From Gnetum montanum (taxonomy: Eukaryota > Plantae > Gnetophyta), in contig MNCI01001499.1 in NCBI GenBank assembly GCA_015680685.1, forward strand, positions 183,349-247,348: a stretch of DNA of 64,000 nt, in the 5' to 3' direction. Positions within the stretch are counted from its first letter, which is position 1. Each line of letters opens with the position of its first letter. Below are positions 1 to 14,200 of the stretch, in pieces. A program made the translations under genes and the position numbers. The notes below the pieces were generated by a model. The model was not told the origin of the DNA and did not search any database. It worked only from the letters and a program-made list of their open reading frames with translations.

Positions 1-1878
1 TTCTTCTTGTAGGGTGATAAGTATCTTGGCATGTGCATAAGTTTGTGCTTTGGCAACTGAGGCAACCCACACCACCACCTTCTTCTCATGTTTCATCTTC
101 ACATTGTGTTCACTAAGGAAATTAATGTGTTTGGTTCTAAACTAATCTAGTTAGTCATGCATAATAAATTGAGTGGGATCTCTCTTCTCTACCCTCAAAG
201 TCATGAGCTCTTCTTGTAATTTATGAACTTCATTTTCAGCATCATCTACCTTGTTTTCTGCCACGACCACTTTTCTTTAGTGACTATGAGATCAAAATGA
301 ACTACAATGACATCATTATGGATGTTAAAAATATTTTGCATGACATGTGCTATCTATATTAGTTTGTTAAGTACATCTTTGTGTTTTGTAGGAATCATTG
401 AGGTACCAACTAACATTTTAGCAACTTTGGCTCCAAAAAGATTGGCTACTAGCACAATAAGAACATTTAAAAACTCTTTGATGCGACCGTTGATCACTTC
501 TATAGCTTCCACTACATATTGACATTGCATAATCATGACCATGGCTCCTTCTCTAGTCTCTAGCATCATTTGGAATGATGCAACATTCATAGAAATTTGT
601 TGTGACCATCCTCCTCTCCTCCTATTTGCAATGAGATTTGGCCACTGGTAGGATATATTGAGATTTTTGTCTTGATTGCATCATTACTTACTTTATAGAG
701 GTTGCCTCCATCACTTGTTCCCCAACTAATAGTCTCTACAATTTGATGCAGATGACTCATTGATGTCCTTTGGTACTATGGTGGCTATGCTAGAACTTGC
801 TATTGTTGTTCTTCTTGTTGTTACTATTGCTGCTACTAATTAGTTGGTTGCTAGGAATTGGGTCCTACTTGCTACTACTAAACAATAGTTTAGATGGTTG
901 TAGTAGGAGTTGAGCCTGTTAGTCCCATAGTACCTTCCTATTGCTTCACCTAATCTTTCTTTGGTAGCATTGGCTTTGACAACTCATCATACGAAGCATT
1001 TTGTGCTTTCCTCAAAACATTGTTGGTGTAGCCTACAATGCTTGCTTATTTGCAAAATTTCCTAATAACGCAAGAGAATGGTAGTGTAGGTTTCCCCACC
1101 TTCTTCTCTTCAAATCACTGTTGGATTTCTAGGAAGTAGAGATTGGCAATGTTAGCATTGAATTTCCCCACAAAAATGGTACTTCCTCTAGCCTCATATG
1201 TGGATATTTTGTTCAATCTCTTTATAGGGAATAAGTGATAGGTATGAATCTTCAAATAAATTTTCTTTTTCACAATTAACTCATTGTATTCTTTTTTTTC
1301 CTTACCATAGGCTTTGTGTAGCCCCAATCTCTTAGTATCAATGTCAAACCTTGTTGGTAATTATGTAATATTAGCCTCTTCATTGGACACATTTAGAGCT
1401 TTGGCTATCACCTCAATTGAGTATGGCACAAGAATTTCTTCAATTTTCACTGTAGCATTTGTTTGCCTATTATGCCAAAATTGAAGTGTCGCTCCTAAGT
1501 ACCAATCTCCACCTACTATCAAGGTGGTTCACAATGGAGATAATTAGAGTTGGGTTTTAATAGAATCTAGGGAAAACTCCATGAATGGGCCAAAATTAAG
1601 TTCCACAATCACTGTGAACATGATGAACTTCTCTTGAATGGCTCAAAGTTATTCATGTGACAACATAAGTTGCTGTTCTAGTGCTTGTGGTGCCTTAGCC
1701 TCTACTTGGAAAGATTGCTTAGTAGCAGGTGTTTGTCAATGGATGAAAAAGGATCATGCTTCCTACTCTACATGTTCTATTAATGGAGTTTGTTCTCTAG
1801 TGTAGCCTCTTCCTTGGCCTCTTAGTCTTTTGATTCCCTATTATGAGGGTCCTCCCTTCGATATCCCTTTTGTGTCAT
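1..1878 (-). pseudogene. Element E extra 3' ORF (Athila ORF2-like): Transposase_32/ATHILA-ORF1-like domain followed by a coiled-coil region; truncated by the window edge
   Basis: Manual translation gives LQFWHNRQTNATVKIEEILVPYSIEVIAKALNVSNE...NANIANLYFLEIQQ*FEEKKVGKPTLPFSCVIRKFC. Putative ATG at 1878, many stops. Confidence 0.6.
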
Positions 1879-2401
1879 TTGTAATCCATAAGGATTAAAG
1901 ATCATTAAAATGTTCGTATTATTTTGAGGTAAGTCTTTACCTTAATCATTCCTTTAATTAGATTAGGTGCTTACTATACTATGATTACAGAGTTAGAGAA
2001 AATTCCAAAAAGAAATCTTTTGGATGTTATTTCTTTTGTTTCATGACCTTCCACACTTATTATCTTTCAACTCATAATACCTTAGAATTGTTTGGAATGG
2101 GTTATTAAGAGAGTTTATTCAAATTATTTGGCTTAAATATACTAAGCTTATTCATGTTCTACTTACTTACCCTTATAAACTATTATCCAGGATTAGAAAA
2201 GTTTTCAAAAATTTTGCTCATATTATCCTTGAGATCATCCCCTCACCATTCCACAACAAAGATGAACACTTCGAGATCAAATAGAATAAAAAATAATGAA
2301 AATTAAAGTTATAGGACACAAATTATGGGTTGGGAAAGTTGATGGAGCAGATCTCAAGAGAATAAATGAGGCAATTTGAAAAAGCAACTAAGTCCTCATA
2401 G

Positions 2402-2458
2402 ATATATATAGGATTTTTGCTATGTGACATCATTGATTCAACATTGGATCAATGACAT
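2402..2458 (-). promoter_or_regulatory. Putative internal promoter of the element E extra ORF (TATA plus an LTR-shared motif)
   Basis: CTATATATAT on minus at 2402-2411. The 18-mer ACATTGGATCAATGACAT (2441-2458) is identical to 49415-49432, upstream of the LTR TATA. Confidence 0.5.
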
Positions 2459-4049
2459 ATGAGGACCTCATACATCATATCAATGAAGTCATTGTAAAAG
2501 TTTTCAATTTTCATGTTTAATTTTTGGTTGAAAAAATGGGTCGAATGGAAGGATAGGAAGATAGTAAGCATTCCTAAAGGGTCTTGGAGTAGATATAATG
2601 CTTTTGTTGTGACAAATAGTCATCTATAGTTATAAAGAAGGAATCTTAGTCTATGAAAGTTTATTAAGTATATATAGAATGGATGAGATGGATGATGAAT
2701 TCTTGGTGTTTGAAAAAACTAATTAGATGTTAAGGGAAGTATTTATTAACATTTATTATTTCTATAAGGCACAAGATGATGTGGGATTTCTTGTCAAGTA
2801 TAAGATACAATAGTTATACAAGTGGATCCTCCTTAAAGTAGGCTCCAACCCTTAATTCCCTTATATAGAAACACCAAAATGTGTCCTTAGGCACTCAAGG
2901 TGTTGAATGTAATGCATGCCTTTTTTACAAACACACATATTAGTATTACCAAGTTGGGAAAACTACTCTATGTCATACAAAAACATAAGTTATAATTAAA
3001 TATATAGTGAGGGATCATAGAAAGGATTGTAGAGAATTGAAATGTGAGGTATCATACCATAGGCATAATGAATCTTGCATTTTATTAGTGGTTAAAGTAT
3101 TCATTAGCCTTTCTATCCAAGATCCAAACCAAGTTCAAACCACATTCCAATGGCATCATATTCTTTCATCTCTTGGAGTTACAACTATAAGACTACCACT
3201 GTTCTAAGAAGTATTACCACTTGGCATATTATTCAAAGAAGGAGTTTATTCATTGCACTTTGTTATTTTTTAGCTTTCTAAGAAATCATCTAGCTTCAAC
3301 ATGGATAACATTTCTTTTTACTGGAATCCCCAAAAATTTTTCTTATGCATTTATTTTATTTTTAACTATGTCAACTTTACTAGAGGACTACCTTTAGGCA
3401 CGGGTAACATGTCTTTCTAGTAACATAGTAGGACAACACTTATTTTACTCTTACTTCCATTGTTTCTTAGATCTACAAGGATATAATACAACCTAAGAAA
3501 TAGGATAAAAATTACATAGCAATCCAAGAGAATCAACAAATCCCCTTAAGATCACACCTCTTACATTCCCATTTGGTTACTAACTTTTCTTAACTTAACA
3601 AATCAACAAGAGAACCATTCTTACTTTTATGATGGAGGAAAATATCTTTATGGAGATGGTAAGAACCTCTTATTGTTGGAATGGCTGGATGGATGTTGTG
3701 GTCTCATTGTACAAATAATCAGTCCCTTATGACTTGATAACATAGAGAAATGTTCACCTTATTGGACTACATATTGCTTTATTCTTAATGTGTCTTATTA
3801 CCAATCAAAACTATGTACAAAGAAAATGAAAACAAAGTATGAAAAATTGTAAAATATAGTAAGAATGAAAAAAAAATGAAAAGAATGAAAAATGTTTTAA
3901 AAATGAAAAATCATCAAAGAACTAAAAATTGTAAAAGAAAACTAAAAAGTATAAAACAATGGGAAAAAATGACTATTATAAGGACTAACTATTCTAAAGA
4001 AGGAACAAGTTGAATATGTTTGGATTGATTGGGTATATCCCTTGAGAAC

Positions 4050-6001
4050 ATTAGAATATTCATGATATGGTTTAACCTATTAGATGTTGACAAGAATGAG
4101 CTTATGTGGGTTGGATAGGTGAGAAATGTATAAGGCACTTGAAAGATAAGTTGATTGAACAATGTATGGTCCTTCCCAAAGCATTTGAAATTTAGCCTTT
4201 TGTGGCACATGATTGGTATAATAGTAAAGGACCTTATCTCTTAGTTGGATTATCACTTTTTTTATCCATGTGTCATGTCTATGTTTGGATTAATGCTTAT
4301 GGACCTCATTGTGCATTACCGCTACTAGCCTATTTTAATCTAAAAGAGTAAGATTCATCAATTGTTCATTTTGTGCTAGGCTTAGGCTTAGGTCAAGTTC
4401 ACTGGTAGTCACTAAAGTTTGGATCTCTACTTGGGTAGGGAGCATTAGTAGTTTTCCGTAAACTAGATCATATGGTGAATATCCAATAGGTAGTTTTCAT
4501 GACTTCATATAAGCCCATAGAGCGTTATTAAGTTTAGTGCTCCAATTCTTCCTAAACTTACTAATTGTTCTAGTTAAAATTTAGGTAATTTCATAGTTAG
4601 TAACATTTAGTTGACCATTGGCTTGGGAACGATTTGGTGTAGATAGTTTATTTTAACCCCCAATTGTTGCATGTGATTTTTAAAGGTAGCACTTGTAAAA
4701 TAAGTTCCATTTTCAAATATAAGCATTCTAGGCATATCAAATTTGATTGCTACATTCTATTCAGAAACTTTTGTAGTGGTCTTGGTTGTGCAATCTTTAA
4801 CTATTTCTACCTTTGGTCACTTAGTATAGTAATTCATGGTCACGGTAATGTATTCTTTTCCATTTGACATAGGTGTTATGGGTTCCATGAAATTAATTTC
4901 CCATATATCAAATGGCTCCAAAGGTTATATCTATTTCTATGGCCTTTCATTTCTAGTTGTTATTCCTCCATCCTTTTAACACCTTTCGCAAGACTATGCA
5001 AAGTTGTGGGCATCTTTGAACAAGCTAGGCCAAGAGTAGACTATCATCATCAATTTTAGTGTCATTCTTCACCTTGCATAGTGATCTTTTAATGCACCTT
5101 CATGAGAATCCTGTAAGATTCGTTGTTGATCATACTTCAACACACACCATCTAACTAGTCCATCTGCACAAATCTTGTACAAGTCACCATTCATTTCCAT
5201 GTATCTTTTTATCTTGTAAACCAATTTCTCTCTTTGATTTTTTCTTCATTCAATGGGAAGTTCTTGTGTAGTTAAGTAAGTCATGTAATCATCCATCCAT
5301 GACTTCCCCATTTATTTTATAGCCATCACTATTTGGATAAATAGGTTTTCATTAGGGAACTAGTTAGATAACAATACTGTATGATCCTATAAATCCCATC
5401 TAAGCCTTGATAAATGATTAGCAACAACATTTTTAGTGTTATTTTTATCAATCATTATGATGTTGAATTCTTGAAAAATTATAAGCCATATGATCACTTT
5501 GGGACTAATGGTTGGCTTATTCATAAGAAAGAGGATTGTATTGTGGTTGGTATTAACATAAATTTGGTATCCAAACACATAGTGTCAAAATTATTAAAGT
5601 GCATAAACCATGTTCATGAGATCCTTTTCTGTTGTGATGTAGTTTAGTTGTTCCCTAGTGATGCTTCTGCTAGCACAATATATATAGTAGGGTCTCTTAT
5701 GATCATCTAACTACATTAATACTATAACAAGTGCATAGTTGGAAGCATCTATCATAATATGAAAAGACCTAGACTAATTTGGAGCTTGAAGGATTAGTGT
5801 CTCAATCAATTTCTGTTTTAGGGTTTTAAATGCCTTTTCACAAGCCCCTATTCATTTGAAGAGTGTATCCTTCTTTGTAAGTTCTACTAATGCTTTTTTA
5901 GTCTTAAATAAATTCTCTATGAACCTTCAATAGTATGTTGTATGGACTAATAATCATCTAATATCTTTCACTATCTATGACCTCTAAGTGATGTTTTGTA
6001 T
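4050..6001 (-). pseudogene. pol: Element E pol, RNase H-integrase part
   Basis: KPTISPKVIIWLIIFQEFNIIMIDKNNTKNVVANHLSRL (RH end, ORF 5387-5578), integrase core remnants at about 4400-4900, and WEGPY motif near 4165. Confidence 0.8.
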
Positions 6002-7591
6002 TGAAACACCAATAAACTTCATGTTGCAACTTTCACTTTTCAACTTGGGCAAGGACTCATTGTAAATGTGGGATATGTAGATCAAGAGCTACAATCTTTC
6101 ATACTTCAACTTTCTAAGGCAAAAAAATGCTTCAAAAGTTGTTATTTCCTTGTTTTCCAAGTAGAAACGAATATCCCATGTCCATAGTTGGGCTTGGGAA
6201 GGCCGAAAATGCCTTTGGAATGGCTAAAAATGGCATGTTTATGGGTTTTTGTAGGGGTATATCCCCAACTACGCTAAAGTCATTTTCAATAGTTATTGGA
6301 ACTACACTTTTAGTAGTCATAGTAATTACACCTTTAGTACTCACAATAGATATAGCTAGTGTAGTCACCATTAGGACCTAGTAGAAGTGCAACAATGGGA
6401 TTTTTGGAATTTCTAGTTTCCCAACAACACCCAGCATAGTCATTCCAAGTCCAAATTGGCTAGCGTAGATAGTATTCATCACTAGGCATAGCACTTTTCA
6501 ATGAATCACATCATTTCTATAGTTCCCAAAATTTGTACCATTTTCCAGCACCTCTAACGTAGTCACAAATTCCTATTTGCTATGTATAGTAAATAGATGG
6601 GTTTTGTGGATGTAATCCTTTTCAAATTTACCATAAATGACAACTACACTAGTAGTAGTTCACTAACTATGCTAATAATAATTAGCAGACTATGTTAATA
6701 GTAGTTAGTGGACTTTGTTGACAGTAGTTACTGGGACTACGATGATAGTAGTAACCTTTACAAACCCACAATCAAAACCAATCTATTAGCAATCAATGAC
6801 AGTCAATAGTAGACCCAAAAATGGTAATCCTAAATCTATAAATATCCAATGTCAATACTATTACTAGGTTTTGAATTTTGGCATTTTGGCTTCCTATCGA
6901 GAATTTCAAGCACTTTGGAATTTTCATAACCTTTTGGCACCAACAACATTTGTAATTCCTTCAGCACCCAAAGCCTGTTACAACCCTTGTAATCCAACTA
7001 CACTTGTAGTAGCAAAAATTAGCACTACACTGGGTGTAGACTTCCCTACATAATTTCCATTGCACTAAAAGCGTAAACCCATTTCCATTCCCACTTTGCA
7101 AATTTTGTGAAAACCAATAGAAAGTTGTAGAAAAAGCAAAGCTAGGAAGAAACTAGATCATGGAGGCAACCTTCTCCAATGAACTTCTATCTTCAGAAAG
7201 CAACTTTCTATGCCCCTAGGCACATACTTGTACATTGTGAATCCAATCCTTTTATATTTTTATATAAATTTGGTTGTTCATGCTATGAAATTTTTGGTTT
7301 CTATTTCCATTTTTGCATTACATGTCATAACTACAATTTTGTTTCCATTGTTGTTTGACTAGATCCATCTACATTTTCATTTTCATTTTCAATTCCATCT
7401 GCAAATACCTCTACTCTTTTCATAGTCATTTCTATTTTACATTCTCTAAGTCCTTGGGTGATCAGTAAGACTGTTCAAGGTACCTTGAATCCTATTTTTT
7501 AGAGGCCACTGGAAATTTGGGTTAAGACTATTCCGGTTCTTGGATCTTTTGGTTTCCCCCATTTCAACAACTAATATTTCTAGCACCAATA
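6002..7591 (+). repeat. Element A 5' LTR
   Basis: 6097-6370 aligns with 43892-44150 and 7480-7591 aligns with 44190-44298. TATA (CTATAAATA) at about 6836; ACTAC(G/A)CT motifs in U3. Confidence 0.8.
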
Positions 7592-7597
7592 GTTTTC

Positions 7598-7616
7598 TTT
7601 TACTAGAAGGAAGGCC
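7598..7616 (+). other. Element A primer binding site, degenerate tRNA-Asn type
   Basis: CTAGAAGGAAGGCC just after the LTR end; consensus is TGGCGCTAGAAGGAGGGC. Confidence 0.6.
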
Positions 7617-7998
7617 TTAACCTAGATTCTTGGCCATGGAACCCATTTAAACCATATATGTCCTTCCATTATACCTGAAAAACTAGTGTTGCCTATTAAA
7701 ACCAGAGTTGGGTTTTTTTGTAGATTTTCCATCTATTATAACACCCATTCCATTTGGCATAGTCCATTTAGTGGCACTTCATTTTCTTACATTCTATTTT
7801 CTATCATTTCATTTTTCAAGATCTCATTTTTTGGGATTCTATTTTTTGGAATTTTGCTTTTTGTCTTTTCATTTAGCATAGTTCCAACTATGACATCTAT
7901 TTTTTATCCAATAGGTAAACCTCTTTTCCTTTTTCCATTTTAGCTGTTTAGCAACAATCTTCTATTTCCTTTCAATTTTTGGTCTACTATAACAGCAC

Positions 7999-10900
7999 AT
8001 GAGGGTTTATGATCCCAAAGACCCAACCTTGATGGAATGTAGGAAATTCCTAAGACTTAGGGGGCAAAGTCCTAGTTTTACAATAATAAATAAAGAGAAT
8101 TATAACTTCATTTGCACTAAGATCCAAGCTCATATGCTAATGTTACAAGTGAAGGTAGAAGCTAAAAGGGAATTCGAGCTTATCCATCATGATGGAAAAG
8201 AGTATATTCCCTCCCCTTATGATCAAATACCCCTTAATGACATCTACACTAGCATTTTAGGCCTCTTCATTGAAGTTGACAAGGCCAATTAGAAGGCTAT
8301 CTTTGATGGGCAACCAAGGGAGGAAGATGAATTTGGAGTAGAGTCTAAGTCTAAAAACCTTTTGGGGGGACATTTCCAATAGGGAACTCCCAATGTGACA
8401 ATGTTCACCTCTATCCCCTTTGTCTCTTCCCCTAAACACATCCCACCACCTTCATCCCCACTATACCTAACCATGTTTAGGTATGCACCCATCATATTTT
8501 CACACCAAAAACACCTGGTACTACAATCCATAACCTTCCACTTTTCTATGTCATTTGCTATGCAATCCTAGATAGTGCATTCATCATCAATGGTTGTCAC
8601 TATGACTAACCCTCCTACCACTCAAATAAGGCCCATCATGGAACCTCAAGCAACCTAGGGGTCACATACCCCTTTCATTCAATTTGTTCCATAGGTACCA
8701 GCACAAGCATCATTCTCTTTATTTAACCCATTGAGCACTATGGTAACCTAGACTCTCCCTTCAATGCCCTAGCCGATAACTAGACCTCAAGCATCATAGC
8801 TTATGCCTCTACCTTTTGTTCAAACCCCATAACTGTTAGGGTTACCTCAAGGTCTAGATCAAGCTTTTGAGATGATATAGGACTTGACTAAAGAGTTAAG
8901 GAAACTCAAAGTCTCAACATGCTAGACTATGAAGATAATAGACTTCTACTAAGATGATTCCATTAGCCCTATAGTCCCACCATTAACTCTTCCTCTTGGT
9001 GTCCCTGTGTCACAATTCATCAAATATAATAGCAAAAGTTATTTGAACACACATCTAATTATCTTTCACTCTGAGCGCTTATTGTTGCATGCTTGGCCAC
9101 AAACAATCATGCAAATTTTTCCTATGTCCTTAGTAAGAAAAGCACTTGACTAGTACTGTCCCTTCCCAAGAGGATCCATATCCTCTTTGGATGAACTAAT
9201 TTTACAATTTGTCAACTATTTCTAGTATAACTTGAAACCTAATATCACATTGGACCAACTGATGAAGGTTAAGTAAGGATCGCTTGAGCCCATGCTAAAG
9301 TTCATCCAATGATGGAACACTCTACTTAAAGAGATACCAGAGCCAATAGCTAAAGCACATCTCTTACCTATCTTCAAGGGGGTGGTTAAGGACTTTATAA
9401 AGTTGAAATTATACAACCTAGATCCACAATCTCTTAGTTAATCCTTTTCCTAGACTAAGAATATAGAAGATGTCATAGAAGTCAGCCATGATCCTACTTA
9501 TGTGGCATAAAAGAACCAACATATGTGGAAACACAAAGAAAAGGGTAGGAAAAAAATGTGGCTATAGCAACTGTAAGCAAGTAAACCAACTAACTAGAGG
9601 CCAAAGAGCAATTAACCCAAGGCCCCTATGACCAACAATAAAAATCAACCATTAACCTATAGAGCCATTACATTAACTACCTCTAGGCCTAACTTGGCAT
9701 GAAATGACCAATCCAATTATACCTAATTACCCCTCAATCCATCAAAGCTTTTGGACCAACTGTTAAACAACAATAGAGTTCAATACAAAGAAATGTTCGA
9801 AACTACCCATAAGAGGCATGATAGGCTATGAAAAATAGTGAAGGACCCCACTTGGGCAACTAAGGATGATTCTCTAGTGTCCAAATACTTTAATCTTAAC
9901 CACTTCTACCATTACATATGTTGCCAAGTCATGACACTAATTTTTTCCTTGCACTTAAGGATGACCTATAAAAGATGATCAATAGGGATGAACTGGTATT
10001 AGACACATCCAACCCTATTAGGCCTTAGAATCAATCAATGCATGTGTACATGGACCCCTTAAATGCAAAAAATAGATCATACACCATAGCAACATTCAAT
10101 ATCCACAACAACCATAGGGCTATGAGGAAATTGTTTGTGATCAGGGTGCCTCCTCACAATGAAAGGGGCCCTCTAACTTTTGCTAACTCAAGGTCCGCCT
10201 TTGTTGTAAGGGTGCCATCACTAGCATCCTTTAAAGAGCCCTTTTGTAATCAAGATGTCCCAATCCAATACAACCCAGTTGATCCTAAAAACTAAGCAAC
10301 AACCTCCTATGGTGGACCATGTAACACCTTCTTCCTCACAACTAACTAGGGATAGTAAGAAGCCCCCAACCAAACAAGGGAAGAAGACCATGCAAAAAGC
10401 CAAAAACATTAATGATAAGTACACCAAGTCAGGGAAAGATGTTAGCCCACCCAAGCCCACTCCCATTTTAGATATTTCCATGACTTCTATAATGTAGGCT
10501 ACTTTAACAAGTAAACCATAAGAAGAACAAAACTAAAAGAAGAAAAGAGAGAAGATAGGTGACAACAAAAACCCAAGCACAAAGTTTGTAGTTTTGGGCA
10601 CATGGAGAAAGTTAAAAATAGCAAATCAACAACTAACAATAAAGAATTCCTTAATGCGATGAAATAAGTTAAGAAATTGCTCAAACAAAAGAATACAACC
10701 TTGATCATATATGACTTAGACATGACTTCTGCTGCCTACCATAAGGCATTGGTAAAGATGTTAACCTTCATTCTTGTTAGCAAAAATGTCCCCACTAACA
10801 AAGAGTCTATCCATTCAATCATGGTATACTTTTCACCCAAGGAATTGAAGTCAACATTGCTAGTGTTTTGTGACAGTGAAGTTAAGATGAACCTCTAAGA

Positions 10901-11080
10901 TGACGAAGTAACTAGGGTGCCTCTCTTTATAACCATATGAGTTGGATAGTATAACATACATAGGGTGCATGTAGATAATGGGGTGGCAATCAATGTCACA
11001 CCCTATACCATTGTTGAATGCTTAGGCCTAATAGAAAAAACTGCAACAAATGATGACCTTAGCCCTTAAATCCTATAATA
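7999..11080 (+). pseudogene. gag: Element A gag-protease, decayed and 3'-truncated
   Basis: Collinear with B gag (NYNFICTKIQA vs QYNFICLKIQA; AWPQTIMQIFPMSL). Protease motif HRVHVDNGVAINVTPY at about 10957-11005. Confidence 0.8.
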
Positions 11081-11277
11081 TTTTAAAACTTAAAATTTTA
11101 ATAGGCCTAATAGAATTTAAAAATTAAAATTTTAATATTAAATTTAAATTTAAAATTTCCATAATATCATAACCATAGCCAAGTAACCCATCAAAAAAAT
11201 AAGTTTTTTTTTTTGGCTAACACTAGCCATACATCACCATCAACATCAAATAAAAACAACTAAAAATTATAAAGCAA

Positions 11278-14200
11278 CTAAGAAAAATAAGGAGCATTTG
11301 GTCTTAGGGATGTATCATAATCTCCACTTTTATTCCTAAAGCCTTTGATGTCTTTTGGTACCTGTAACATGACAACACAAAACCTTTTAGTAACCAATGC
11401 ACATAAAGACAAAATATACAGCTTAAGAAAAACCAAAACTAAAAGCAACCAAACTTGAGATGGTTCCAAAGCTGTATGCTCTTCAAAGAAGTTCTAAAGG
11501 CCAACCTTTAGATGATGGAGGATTTTGTCTTTAAACATGTGGGTCTAGTCCATGTCACCAAGATTAATACCCATTAGGATATTAGTCCTTTTAATGTCGT
11601 TCCATGTAGGGGGCTTTATGAGAATGTGGCGGTGGATGTTTCCCCTGATGCAGTAGTGACTTGACAAGTAGGGGAGTTATCCACAATCATTTCTTTGTGA
11701 ACATCTCATAGACCTTTACATTGATGTCCATCATAAACAATTCAACCTTTTGTTGCTCCATAGATTCATCCTTGAGCTAGTTAAGGGAGGCATCCCATTC
11801 AACTTTGTATATCCATTTGAAATCGTAAGTTGATTCATCCTTCTATGTATAGCCCCACTCAAGGACCAAATCATAGTGATCTTTCCACTCACTAGCTTGC
11901 GATTGATGAGATTGATTTGTAGCTTCTGCTTCACTACCTATTTGGCAAGAGAAATCTTACCTTGAATTTCATTCTAATAATAATCCCAAGTTATCTCCTT
12001 GGTGTGTAAGGATTCTTTGTTGTTCACTTATTCTTCTATGAAGTACTTGTTGTTCTTGAGGTTTGTTACCTTCTCTTTTAACTTCTAATTCTCCTTCCTT
12101 AATGCTACAACTTGTTCCCATAGGAACTCATTGGAGCATCTACATTCCCAAAGGGACTTAGCACAAGAAAGTGCACATCCAGTGGCATCCTCATATAGCC
12201 CATGTGGGACATTCTCCAAATCAGCAGGCAACGGGGACAATGCATCTACCTTCACCAACTTATCAAGGTCCCATCTCAATTTAGGCACTATAACCAACAA
12301 ATAAAACTACTTACCAACAAAAACAACATAACCTTGGATACTAGAAATAAAAAAAATGAAAATACAAAAAAACCCAAAAACATGAAATAAATAATAATAA
12401 ATGAAGAACAAGTTAAAACTCTTACCAATCTTAGGAGTTATTTTCTATAGCTAGCTGACCAGATCCTCAGCTACACCCTACATGAATTCAAGTTTATTGG
12501 GGATTTTTACCCATGGTTACATATGGAAGGTAGAGGTGGAAGCTTCCACCTATAGCTCTTGGCTACAAAAAGTGCAGTAAGAAATCAACAATCATTTCTA
12601 AAAATAGACATAAATCAGCAAAAAAATAATAGGTACAACGCTTAAAGTTTAAAATGACACATACCTAAGAGGTCCTCTAATATGATAATAGGTGGTTTAC
12701 TCATTTGTGGATCTTCTAGCATGGCATCAAAGTGGCCCATAGGAGGAATAGGAGGTAATTCATTGTTCTAGACCTCATCATCATCATAATGTCTTAATAT
12801 CTCATCTTCTTGTCATCAAATTTCATTCTCTTAACATATTTTCTCTACCTCGGCTACCACTGCCATGACCCTAGCTTCCCATTCCTGCTACTTATCTACA
12901 ACAAAATTACTCGTAAGAACATAAAACTACTTAGCACATTTTGTCTAAAAGAAAGTATGTAACTAACTTAAACTTTAAAATAGATTAATGAAATAATAAA
13001 CTAAGATATAACATACCTCTAACTTCATGACGTACATCTCTAAGTTTAATGATTAACTTTTGCTTTTTCATAGGCTCCAGAGTCACTGGTGTAGGTTCAT
13101 TAACCAAACGTATTTTAAGCTTGGCTCTAGCTATCACCTTAGCCTCTTTGTGTATCTTTTGAGCCTTTTTGGTGCTAGCTAGTGCTATGAGAGGTTCAAC
13201 CACTATGTTGTTAGGGGATACACAATGCCTACCAATAGTATCCTTGGTAGTAATGAATAGCAACTCACCTATAATTTCTAGTAGGTCCTAGGTCTATGTG
13301 ATAGGAGCAAGGAGCTTGACACAAGGTTTGGTAAGCTAGGATGTATCTAAGATAACTCATCATCCGCCCTTCCTCACCACTAGGAATTTCAAAAACCTTT
13401 GTAAGTAAGTAAAAAAGAGTGTAAAGTACACATGTCACTTCATAGTGAGGTTGATGTGAAGCTTTTTGAACCTCACTTTGAAGTCAAAAAACTAGGTGTG
13501 TAGCCCAGTTGAACTAAGTAACCTCCATAAGTACTTGCTTCATGGCCCAAGCTTGTTCCACACCTAAGACCTTCCCCTATAATAATAGTTTAGGAAATGC
13601 CCAAGATTGAAATAATGGATACATTTCTATAATCAATGATGACTTGATCTATTTTAGAGGGCATCCATTGCTAGCATGAGGAGTGCCTATCCACTCTTCT
13701 ACTTCCTCTTGATGATCTACCTCCTTACCTTATTTGGCAATAATGGGCATGCCATCATTTGGAACACTGAAGAGGTCATTGAAGATGGATGCACTAACCT
13801 CCAAAATAATGCTCCCATCATGAACCCTGGTGGTGAAATTCTTAACTCCTTGATTAAAGAAGTCAATAATGTTCAACATCTCTATAGTGGGAATGATCGG
13901 GATAGGAGCCATGAAGAGGTCAAACATGCCTACATGAATAACCCTTACATGCATAGCATTGGGAGCATGGTCTAATAGACAATCCTATGAGGATTCTACC
14001 TCATCAAACTTGAGGATTAGGGTCTCCTTAGCATGTCCTAAAGTAACAATTATAACTTCAACTGATGGAGCAACCTCTGTAACATAACAAAGAATAGATT
14101 GTTAGCCTTAGTGTAGGTGCATCATGTAAAGAAAATTACAAAAAAATATATAACTAAGTTAAAACAAAGATCAAAAATGAAAATGATAGCATGTGAATAA

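Noticed and set aside
1-1878. True retroviral envelope gene
   Set aside because: No signal peptide, furin site or clear transmembrane segment is visible in the part within the window, so it is treated as an Athila accessory ORF.
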